Source of the DNA: an uncultured bacterium
Lineage (GTDB): Bacteria; Actinomycetota; Coriobacteriia; Coriobacteriales; Coriobacteriaceae
NCBI GenBank assembly: GCA_905214435.1
Contig: CAJMMA010000005.1
Location: 3,525 to 67,524 of the forward strand
Reading direction: 5' to 3'
DNA: 64,000 bases
Part shown: piece by piece, positions 7,670-15,417 of the stretch
Layout: every line of letters starts with the position of its first letter
Position numbering within the stretch: the first letter of the stretch is position 1
Program-made: the position numbers and the translations under genes
The notes under the pieces: model-generated
Told to the model about the DNA's origin: nothing
What the model saw: the letters and a program-made list of their open reading frames with translations, nothing else
Databases searched by the model: none

Positions 7670-8989
7670 CTACAGGCGCTCACGAACCGCCTCGACCACG
7701 TTGGCCAGATCGACGAGGGCCTCGTCATGGCTCTCCATGTCGCGCACCTTGACCTTGCCGGCGGCAAGCTCGTCGCCGCCCAAGACCAAAATGAGCTTAG
7801 CGCCCACCTTGTCGGCCTGCTTAAACTGAGCCTTAAGCGAACGACCCTGATAGTCTGCCTCGGTCACGATACCTGCGGCGCGAAGCTCCTGCGTAATGGC
7901 AAAGACGTTCTGGCGCAACTCCTTGCCGGCATTGGCGACGTAGACACACGGGGTCTCCTCGGCGCCCAGGTCGCTGCCAAAGGCCTGCAGGGCCAGCAGG
8001 GCGCGCTCAAAACCGACGGCGAAGCCGACGCCGGCCGTGGGCTTGCCGCCCTCGAGCTCGACCAGGCCATCGTAGCGGCCGCCGCCACCGATGGAGCCGA
8101 CGCCGGCGCCAGGGGCCTCGACCTCAAAGACGGTACGGGTGTAGTAGTCCAGGCCGCGCACCAGGGTGGGATCCTCGACGTACTCGATACCGGCGACGTC
8201 CAGATAGCGCTTGACCTGCTCGTAGTGCTCGCGGCACTCATCGCACAGGTTGTCGCCCATCAGCGGGGCGTCGGCCATGATCTCGCGGCAGTGGTCGTTC
8301 TTGCAGTCGAAGGCGCGCAGCGGGTTAAGCTCGGCGCGCTCGCGGCACTCGTCGCACATCTCATCGGCGTGGTCGAGAATGAACTGCTTAACCTGCTCGC
8401 GATAGGCCGGACGGCATTGGGCATCGCCCATCGAGTTAATGAGCAGACGGAGCTTGGACAGATCGAAGCCCAGGCGCTTGTAAAACTCCATGAGCATAAT
8501 GATGCACTCGGCGTCTGCCGCCGGATCGGGAGCGCCGAGCCACTCGATGCCCACCTGATGGAACTGGCGCAAGCGGCCCTTCTGGGGACGCTCGCCACGG
8601 AACATGGCCTCGGCGTAGTAAGCCTTAAACGGCGTGGAGCCCTGGGGCACCAAGTTGTTCTCCACGACGGCGCGCACCACGCCAGCCGTGCCCTCGGGAC
8701 GAAGCGCCAGGCGCTGCTTGGGCTTGAGCTTGGTATCGGTGCCCTCGGTAAAGACGCGCTCCAGGTTGGCGCCGCTAAACACGCGGAACATCTCCTTGCG
8801 CACGACGTCGGTCGACTGGCCGATGCCGTGGACAAACACGTCCACCTGCTCGATGGCGGGCGTCTCGATGGGCTTAAAGCCAAACGGCTCGAACACGCCG
8901 GCAGCAATCTGCTGCATCTTTTGCCAGGCGCGCATCTCAGCGCCGATAAGGTCGCGGGTTCCCTCCGCCTTCTGTGCCTGCATGGGCAA
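7670..8989 (-). CDS. hisS: Histidine--tRNA ligase
   Basis: 439 aa. N-terminus KAEGTRDLIGAEMRAWQKM..., class II motifs (FRGERPQKGRLRQFHQ, GGGGRYDGL) and a C-terminal anticodon-binding domain. Confidence 0.95.
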   Translation of the reverse strand: MPMQAQKAEGTRDLIGAEMRAWQKMQQIAAGVFEPFGFKPIETPAIEQVDVFVHGIGQSTDVVRKEMFRVFSGANLERVFTEGTDTKLKPKQRLALRPEGTAGVVRAVVENNLVPQGSTPFKAYYAEAMFRGERPQKGRLRQFHQVGIEWLGAPDPAADAECIIMLMEFYKRLGFDLSKLRLLINSMGDAQCRPAYREQVKQFILDHADEMCDECRERAELNPLRAFDCKNDHCREIMADAPLMGDNLCDECREHYEQVKRYLDVAGIEYVEDPTLVRGLDYYTRTVFEVEAPGAGVGSIGGGGRYDGLVELEGGKPTAGVGFAVGFERALLALQAFGSDLGAEETPCVYVANAGKELRQNVFAITQELRAAGIVTEADYQGRSLKAQFKQADKVGAKLILVLGGDELAAGKVKVRDMESHDEALVDLANVVEAVRERL

Positions 8990-9035
8990 ACACCTTTCTT
9001 TTGTATCGCGTCATAGGTAGTGGTCATTATACGGC

Positions 9036-9108
9036 ACAAACACAAACAGCGGCGGTGCATCTGACCGAACGAGGGTATGGGGACTCGTTCGGCCAGATGC
9101 ACCGCCGC
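9036..9108 (-). terminator. Strong intrinsic terminator/attenuator hairpin between the MFS gene and hisS
   Basis: Minus-strand reading: GCGGCGGTGCATCTGGCCGAACGAG-tccccatac-CTCGTTCGGTCAGATGCACCGCCGC followed by tgtttgtgtttgtg. The stem is about 25 bp with a U-rich tail, 50 nt upstream of the hisS start. Confidence 0.7.
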
Positions 9109-9287
9109 GGTGTGCAATCTGCAATCCTTCCGCCTCTTCGGATCACAAAATCCGTTGGACGGAAAGACTTCGGGTCATCTCTTGAGCCCGTGGCTGCATG
9201 GGAAACCGAATGACGGTACGAGCATCCATTCGGCTTCCAAGGCAGCCACGGACAAAACGGGGCAAAGAGCTACGAGCGACGTCGTCC

Positions 9288-10592
9288 CTACTCCCCCGCC
9301 ACGCTCGCGCGCAGCTTAGCCGCGATGGGCTCAGACGCCAGCAGGAACACCAGCATTGCCACCGAGCACGCCAGGCACACGATCCATGTGCTCGTAAAGG
9401 AGCCCGTGGCATCGAACAGTATTCCCGAGACGATGGCGCCCACCGTGCCGCCAACCATCTCGAGCGAGGTGATGGTGCCCGTTACCTTGCCCAGGTCGGC
9501 CATGCCAAACTGCTTGGACGCGGCAATGGTAGGCGTGATGGTGCCCATGCACGTTCCGATTCCAAAGCTAATGGCAGCCACAATGGGGCCAAGGTCGGTT
9601 GCGGGAAAGCACAGGGCGGCGCAGGCGATGATGCACGCGACAGAACCCAGCACATTGCCAAAGCGCAGGCCAAAACGGTCGTAAATGGCGCCGAGCGAAA
9701 TCTTGGCGATAACGACGGTGACCATGTAGGCCGAAAGAACCGTACCGGCCCACATGGGGTCGTGGCCACCCGTGACGATCTTGGCACCGTTGACGGTAAC
9801 GCTCGTCATGTTGGTGACCTGGTTGGGCAAAATGGCGCCGTTAACGAGGCCCATAAAGAGAAAGGCGACGACGAGCAGCCAAAACGCCGGGCTCTTCTTG
9901 ATGCGAGACCAGCCAACGTTAACCTCGGGCGCCGTGCGCTCGTCCTTGTCGCCAGCCGTCGAGACGGACGGATCGCCCGGGTTCTCGCCGAGCGGCTTCA
10001 GGCCAATCTCGGAAGGTTTGGTGCGGAAGGAATACGCCGTGATGGGCAGCGCCGCCACCATGCAGACGGCGGCAAGCACCAGAAAGGCGGAGCGCCAACC
10101 CACGCTCACGATAAGTGAACTCACAATCGGCGAAAGGATGGCACCGCCAAAGCCCGAGCCCGAAAGCGCGATGGAGATGGCAAGACCGCGCTTGGCGGTA
10201 AACCAATTAGCGGTCACCAGGCTAATAAGCAGACGGGTCGATGCGACGGCGAAGCAGCCCGAGACGGCAAAGAGCACGTAGACCTGCCACAGCTCACCGA
10301 CAAAGCTCATGCCCACGAGCACCGCCGAGGTGGCGATGACGGTAAGCGAACCCAAAATACGACCACTAACCTTGTCGGCAACATGGCCAATGACAAGCGA
10401 TCCGATAACGCTCACCACCGTGGAGATCGCATTGGAGATGTTGTACTGCGCAAGAGATATCCCCAAGTCGCTGACGATGAGCGGCTGGAACAGGCTCATG
10501 CAGTTGACGAAAATGGTGTAGCACGTGGCCATGATCACAAAGCCGGAGGCCACCACGAGCCAGCCGGGGAAGAACTTACGTTGCTGAGACAT
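9288..10592 (-). CDS. MFS transporter (oxalate/formate-antiporter-like subfamily by sequence feel)
   Basis: 12-TM-like hydrophobic profile. I place the start at ATG 10592 (MSQQRKFFPGWLVVASGFVIM...), preceded by aaAAGGAAcagt. The track ORF starts 30 nt further upstream. Confidence 0.8.
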   Translation of the reverse strand: MSQQRKFFPGWLVVASGFVIMATCYTIFVNCMSLFQPLIVSDLGISLAQYNISNAISTVVSVIGSLVIGHVADKVSGRILGSLTVIATSAVLVGMSFVGELWQVYVLFAVSGCFAVASTRLLISLVTANWFTAKRGLAISIALSGSGFGGAILSPIVSSLIVSVGWRSAFLVLAAVCMVAALPITAYSFRTKPSEIGLKPLGENPGDPSVSTAGDKDERTAPEVNVGWSRIKKSPAFWLLVVAFLFMGLVNGAILPNQVTNMTSVTVNGAKIVTGGHDPMWAGTVLSAYMVTVVIAKISLGAIYDRFGLRFGNVLGSVACIIACAALCFPATDLGPIVAAISFGIGTCMGTITPTIAASKQFGMADLGKVTGTITSLEMVGGTVGAIVSGILFDATGSFTSTWIVCLACSVAMLVFLLASEPIAAKLRASVAGE

Positions 10593-10631
10593 ACTGTTCC
10601 TTTTTAAGCAAACGAGTAGCAAGATTGGGTG

Positions 10632-11927
10632 CTACCGGTGGTCGGCGATGTAGCCCAAAGCGACGGCGGCATAAGCCGCGGCGCCAAGGGGAAGCTCGGC
10701 ATCGCTAAAACGTGCCTTGGGATGATGCTGAGCAAAATGCTCGTCCGTATCAGTCACAGCAGCGCCCACGGTAAAGTACGCGCTCGGGATCTCGCTCGAG
10801 ATCAACGCGAAGTCCTCGCTCGCCATGGCGTGGAACAGCGGCAGGAAGGCGGACTTGGGCAGCACCGCGCCCACGTAGCCAAGCGACGCCTGCGTCATGC
10901 CGTCGTCGAGTACGAGCGGGGGAACATCCGAGAGTGTCTCGATAGTCGCCGGCGTACGATAGGTCGCGGCAACGCCTTTGACGACCTCCGCGATGCGGGT
11001 CTTGAGGTGCTCCATGAGCTCGACGTCGAAGCCACGCAGCGTTCCCTCGAGCACACAAGTGTCGGGGATGACATTTGCGGCCTGACCGCCGGCGAACTTG
11101 CCAACGGTAAGCGCGACCTCCTTGGCCGCCGGCACCTCGCGAGAGATAAGCTCCTGAAGCGCCAGATGCACATGGACGCCGGCCGTGATGGGGTCGATGC
11201 AGATCTCGGGGCTCGAGCCATGGCCGCCCTTGCCCTGAAGCGTGATGCGAAAACCGTACACGCCCGAGAGCGCCGGGCTGCCGTAGAGCACCAGGCCAAG
11301 CGGCGACTGGCTATTGACATGCATGGCAAAGGCGGCCTGGGGACGCGGGTTCTGCAGCAGACCGTCGGCGATGGCGGCGCGGGCACCCTCAAAGGTTTCC
11401 TCGCCCGGCTGGAACAGCAACTTAACCGTGGCGTTGGCGTCGACAAGCGCAGACTCGCGGGCCTTGAGCAGGCGCGCCGCTCCAAGCAACGCCGTCGCGT
11501 GCATATCGTGTCCACATGCGTGCATGCAGCCGTTCGTAGAGGCGAAAGGCTCGCCTGACTCTTCGGCAACGGGCAGGGCATCCATGTCGCCACGGAGCAT
11601 GATGACCGTACCGGCCTGTTCGTCCGTGCAGACGCCATTGCCCTGGGCCGCGGCGGCGCCGGCGCCGACAAGGCCCACGACACAGGAACCATCGACGAGC
11701 GTGGCAAATGGGATTTCCATCTCGGTCAGGCGCGCTTGAATATACGCAGAGGTCTGTGGGAGGCTATTACCCAGCTCGGGCATCTGGTGTAAATCGTGTC
11801 GCCACGCAGCGAGCTCGTCTGCAAAAGCCTGAGCTTCTGCAACGAGACCGTCACCGATAGCGGCCTGCGCCGCTGCGGTGGCCTTGGGCGCTGATTGCAG
11901 TTGAAGATCGGACTGAGCTGGTGCCAT
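10632..11927 (-). CDS. M20D-family amidohydrolase (N-acyl-L-amino acid amidohydrolase / hippurate hydrolase-like)
   Basis: Blocks MHACGHDMH, LLFQPGEETFEGA and GKGGHGSSPE are typical of peptidase M20D. Start taken at ATG 11927, after ctGGAGGGcattt. It sits 40 nt upstream of the MFS gene, so an operon is likely. Confidence 0.85.
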   Translation of the reverse strand: MAPAQSDLQLQSAPKATAAAQAAIGDGLVAEAQAFADELAAWRHDLHQMPELGNSLPQTSAYIQARLTEMEIPFATLVDGSCVVGLVGAGAAAAQGNGVCTDEQAGTVIMLRGDMDALPVAEESGEPFASTNGCMHACGHDMHATALLGAARLLKARESALVDANATVKLLFQPGEETFEGARAAIADGLLQNPRPQAAFAMHVNSQSPLGLVLYGSPALSGVYGFRITLQGKGGHGSSPEICIDPITAGVHVHLALQELISREVPAAKEVALTVGKFAGGQAANVIPDTCVLEGTLRGFDVELMEHLKTRIAEVVKGVAATYRTPATIETLSDVPPLVLDDGMTQASLGYVGAVLPKSAFLPLFHAMASEDFALISSEIPSAYFTVGAAVTDTDEHFAQHHPKARFSDAELPLGAAAYAAVALGYIADHR

Positions 11928-12003
11928 AAATGCCCTCCAGTAACGTTTTTGCAGTAAGCACTTTGATAGCGTAAAGTGCAAGGTACAACTTTAAAGGCGA
12001 GTC

Positions 12004-12033
12004 ATAAAAAACGCCGCCCCAGGAGGGCGGCGC
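12004..12033 (-). terminator. Intrinsic terminator after the EamA-family gene
   Basis: Minus-strand reading: CGCCGCCC-tcctg-GGGCGGCG followed by tttttt, located 10 nt after the stop at 12044. Confidence 0.75.
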
Positions 12034-12043
12034 AACAAGTTGT

Positions 12044-13027
12044 TTACAATTGCGAGCGCGGCTTTCGACGCAAAAAATCGAAGTGAGTCTCGCTCAAGAT
12101 AATCGACAGGAAGATAAGCACAAAGCCGGCGAGCAGGCGCGAGGTGAGCGCCTCCCCCATCAGCAGCACCGAAAACAACACGCCCGAAGGCGATTCCATC
12201 GAAAGGAGCAGCGAGCCCGTCGAAGCCGGGACATGCGCCAGGCCGACGTTTTGGATGAGCAGAGCCACGCATGTGCAGCCCACCGAGAGAAACGCCATCA
12301 CACAGATAAAATTCGGCGTCCACACGGACAGAGGCGCCTGGGTCTCGAATAGCAGCGACGAGACCAGGCTTAGGATGCCATTGCCCACAAACATCCAAAA
12401 CGTGATGACGTTGATGTCCATTTTGCGACCGTACTTGGCGGTCACCGCCATCTGGATGGCGAAGAAGACCGCGCCGCCCAGCGTAATGGCATCGCCGATA
12501 TTGAACTCGACGCTATCGAGTGCCACCAGGCCAATGCCCGCCAGGCACAGCAGTGCCGCACCCAGGTTATAGCGAGTGAGCTTTTCGCCGCTCAGGACAT
12601 AGCTGGCAAACGGCACAAGGATACAGTACGTGCCCGTCAAAAATGCACTCTTGCCTGCCGTGGTCTGTGCCAGGCCAATCGTCTGCAGTCCGTATGCTCC
12701 CCACATGAGCGCACCCATGCCCAGCCCGACGATAAGGTTGCGAGCATTAAAGTGTGCGATGATGCGTTTACGGAAGATGGCGAACATAACCAGCGAAGCC
12801 GGGAGAAAGCGAACGTAGACCAGCTCGAACACCGGAACGGTATCGAGCGCATCTTTCATGGTGGTAAAGGAATAGCCCCAGATGACCGCCACCGAAAGCA
12901 GCAAGACCTTCCAGAAGAACGGAGAACGCGCGCCGGCGCCGCGGGAGGTGCCGCCGGCACCCAGGTCTTCGCGCGCTACAGGGCTATCGGGCATGTTTTC
13001 GATTTCATCAACGGCATTCTGGGCCAT
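12044..13027 (-). CDS. DMT superfamily (EamA-like) transporter
   Basis: 327 aa, about 10 TM segments, with two EamA-like halves (VIWGYSFT..., ...LSIILSE). Confidence 0.8.
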   Translation of the reverse strand: MAQNAVDEIENMPDSPVAREDLGAGGTSRGAGARSPFFWKVLLLSVAVIWGYSFTTMKDALDTVPVFELVYVRFLPASLVMFAIFRKRIIAHFNARNLIVGLGMGALMWGAYGLQTIGLAQTTAGKSAFLTGTYCILVPFASYVLSGEKLTRYNLGAALLCLAGIGLVALDSVEFNIGDAITLGGAVFFAIQMAVTAKYGRKMDINVITFWMFVGNGILSLVSSLLFETQAPLSVWTPNFICVMAFLSVGCTCVALLIQNVGLAHVPASTGSLLLSMESPSGVLFSVLLMGEALTSRLLAGFVLIFLSIILSETHFDFLRRKPRSQL

Positions 13028-13095
13028 AGGGCATCCTCGCGCTCAGTCTGGGCGTGGTGTCCGCACGTGCATGGCCGCGTGCCGCCTCATGGTCA

Positions 13096-13131
13096 AATAA
13101 AACGGGGCGCACCGGACCCCCGGTACGCCCC
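13096..13131 (-). terminator. Intrinsic terminator downstream of the YhgE/Pip pair
   Basis: Minus-strand reading: GGGGCGTACCGG-gggt-CCGGTGCGCCCC followed by gttttatttg. Confidence 0.6.
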
Positions 13132-13227
13132 GCTACTGTAGCAACAACCGGTGTTGCATCGCAATCCAGCATAATAAAGTATCAAACTGGAAGATCTCGA
13201 TGTTCCGACGGCGTTTACCTGGCTGAA

Positions 13228-15417
13228 CTAGATCAACTTAGTCGACTCCAGCTTTTCGATGATCCAGTCGTTGGCTTTGATGACCGGGCGGCGGAAGACG
13301 ACGCCCAGTGCCAGCGACGGAATCAGATAGCTCGCCAAGATACCCAGCTCAATCCAGTACTCCATATGGTAGGCGCCAGCCATGGCGGCATGCATGGCGT
13401 TGATGCCGTGGGTGAACGGCAGGAACGGATAGATCGCCTGGAACACGGGGCCGGTCATCTCGATGGGGAACGTGCCGCCCGAACCGCCGACCTGCATGAC
13501 CAGCAGCACGACGGCGAGCGCCTTGCCGATATCGCCAAACGACACGGTGAGCGTGTAGACGATATTGGAGAACACGAGACTCGCGACCCAGCCCGCCAGC
13601 ACAAACTGCAGCGGGTTGTCGCACTGAATGCCAAAGAACAGAATGTCGCCCGCGCACACGAGCGTTGCCTGCAGCAGGGCCAAACCGCCAAAGAACAGGT
13701 AACGGCCCAGATAGATCTCGTGCAGGCGTACGGGGATGAGCTCGTTGATAAGTTCATCGTCAACCGACACCTTCATCATGGCTGCCAGCACGATCGAGCC
13801 GACCCAAAGCGACAGAATCGTGTAGAACGGCGCCATGGCCGAACCGTAGTTGCGGATCGGATAGACCGGCTTGCGATCGAGCGCGACGGGACCGGAAAGC
13901 GACACGGCCAAACCCTCGGGGTCGTTGCCAATCATCGTCTTGATCGTGGCAAGGTCGTCCGACATCAGGGCGCCATCGAGCTCGTCCTTAAAGGCGCTGA
14001 TCTTGTCCGATGCCTCACCCAGCTGATCGGAAGCCTTGTTGACCAGCGTCGCAGCCTTGGAGAGGCCCTTTGCGAGCGAGCCAGAGGCGTCGGTCAGACC
14101 GCTCACGGCGCTATCCAAGTCACCCGAGATACCGTTCAGGGAATCCAGAACGCCCGAAATGGTCTTCTTGAGCTCCTTGGCCTTAACCGAGAACGTGGAA
14201 TCGTAGTCGGACTTGGCTCCCGAGATACCCGCCTTGGCATCGGCGATGGCCTGGTCGACCTCGGCACGCGAGTTGTTGACCTCCGCCATGCCGTCCGAAA
14301 GGGACTTTGCGGTCGCCGTCAGGTCCTTCGCATTGTTGCGGTACTCCACGGCAATTCTGCCCAGCGACGTCGCAGCGGACTCGAGACCGTCTTTGAGCTT
14401 GTCATCACTCACCTGGTCGGCAAGGTTACGGAGCTGATCGGTCATCGCATCGATATCGTCAGCACGCGTATTGAGCGCCGCTGCGGCTTCGTTGAGCTGA
14501 GACACCGTAAGGTAAACATGCTGATTCGCGGCATCGAATGCCTTCGCAAGCTCGGCGGACACGTTGTCGAACGAGCCCGCGCTTCCGTCAATCGCCGCGT
14601 CAACGGCATCGTTGGCGGCCTTGAGCGCTTCCTTGGAATCATTGATGCCACTCTTGGCGTGCTCCATCAGCTGCTTCGTCGACTCATCAACGGTGCCCGT
14701 CTGCTTGAGCATGCCGCCCGCCGATGTCAGTGAATCGGACGTGGAGCTCAAAATGCCCGCGAGCGACGTCGCACTCGCCTGAACGTCCTGCAGGTCCTCG
14801 ACCGAATCGCCCAGCGTCGAGGACAGATTGGCGATAAAGCTGCTCACCTGGTCGGTACTCATATAGTCGAGCAGGCTGGACACGGTCTTAAGGCCGATGG
14901 TCGTGATGGTCTTGGTAAAGGTCTCGTTGACCTGACTCTGGACGGCGCTCGAACCCTTTTCAGTCACGATCTGTGCGATGGCGTTGGCCTTCTGATTCTC
15001 ATAGAACTCGATATCGGCGTGCTTCACCTCGGTCGAGAAAAGCGTCATCATGTCGGCGCTAAACGTTTTAGGGATAACGACGGCAGCGTAGTACGCGCCC
15101 GACTTAACGCCCTCAATCGCCTTATCACGGTCGTTGAGGACGACCCAGTCGAAGTTCTCGTTGCCGCGCAGGGTGGCGGTTACGTTTTCGCCCACGTTGA
15201 CCTCGACGGGAATCAGATCGCTCTCGTAACCCTCATCGGTGTTGACCACTGCAATCTTAAGGTTGCCGGTATTGCCGTAGGGATCCCAGCTTCCGGCGAT
15301 GTTAAACCATGCATAGAGACATGGCACGATGATCAGGCCCATCACGACGACCATGCCGATCACGGAGCGAGACACGTTTTGGACATCGCGCTTAAACAGG
15401 TGCAGGATGTTTTTCAT
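13228..15417 (-). CDS. YhgE/Pip domain-containing membrane protein (second of a tandem pair)
   Basis: N-terminus FKRDVQNVSRSVIGMVVVMGLIIVPCLYAWFNIAGSWDPYGNTGNLKIAV, a long Ser/Ala/Asp-rich coiled central region, and a C-terminal multi-TM ABC-2-like block. The stop of the upstream gene abuts the start (15417/15418). Confidence 0.75.
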   Translation of the reverse strand: MKNILHLFKRDVQNVSRSVIGMVVVMGLIIVPCLYAWFNIAGSWDPYGNTGNLKIAVVNTDEGYESDLIPVEVNVGENVTATLRGNENFDWVVLNDRDKAIEGVKSGAYYAAVVIPKTFSADMMTLFSTEVKHADIEFYENQKANAIAQIVTEKGSSAVQSQVNETFTKTITTIGLKTVSSLLDYMSTDQVSSFIANLSSTLGDSVEDLQDVQASATSLAGILSSTSDSLTSAGGMLKQTGTVDESTKQLMEHAKSGINDSKEALKAANDAVDAAIDGSAGSFDNVSAELAKAFDAANQHVYLTVSQLNEAAAALNTRADDIDAMTDQLRNLADQVSDDKLKDGLESAATSLGRIAVEYRNNAKDLTATAKSLSDGMAEVNNSRAEVDQAIADAKAGISGAKSDYDSTFSVKAKELKKTISGVLDSLNGISGDLDSAVSGLTDASGSLAKGLSKAATLVNKASDQLGEASDKISAFKDELDGALMSDDLATIKTMIGNDPEGLAVSLSGPVALDRKPVYPIRNYGSAMAPFYTILSLWVGSIVLAAMMKVSVDDELINELIPVRLHEIYLGRYLFFGGLALLQATLVCAGDILFFGIQCDNPLQFVLAGWVASLVFSNIVYTLTVSFGDIGKALAVVLLVMQVGGSGGTFPIEMTGPVFQAIYPFLPFTHGINAMHAAMAGAYHMEYWIELGILASYLIPSLALGVVFRRPVIKANDWIIEKLESTKLI

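Noticed and set aside
7595-9016. 473-aa plus-strand ORF
   Set aside because: It is antisense to hisS, with the same shadow-frame composition (L/A/G/V/D rich) and no motifs.
8990-9287. Canonical T-box riboswitch upstream of hisS
   Set aside because: The conserved T-box sequence (GGUGGNACCGCG with the UGGN bulge) and Stem I distal motifs are not recognisable. Only ACCGCGG and a CAU in an internal loop are seen. It is kept as a low-confidence structured-leader finding, not called as a T-box.
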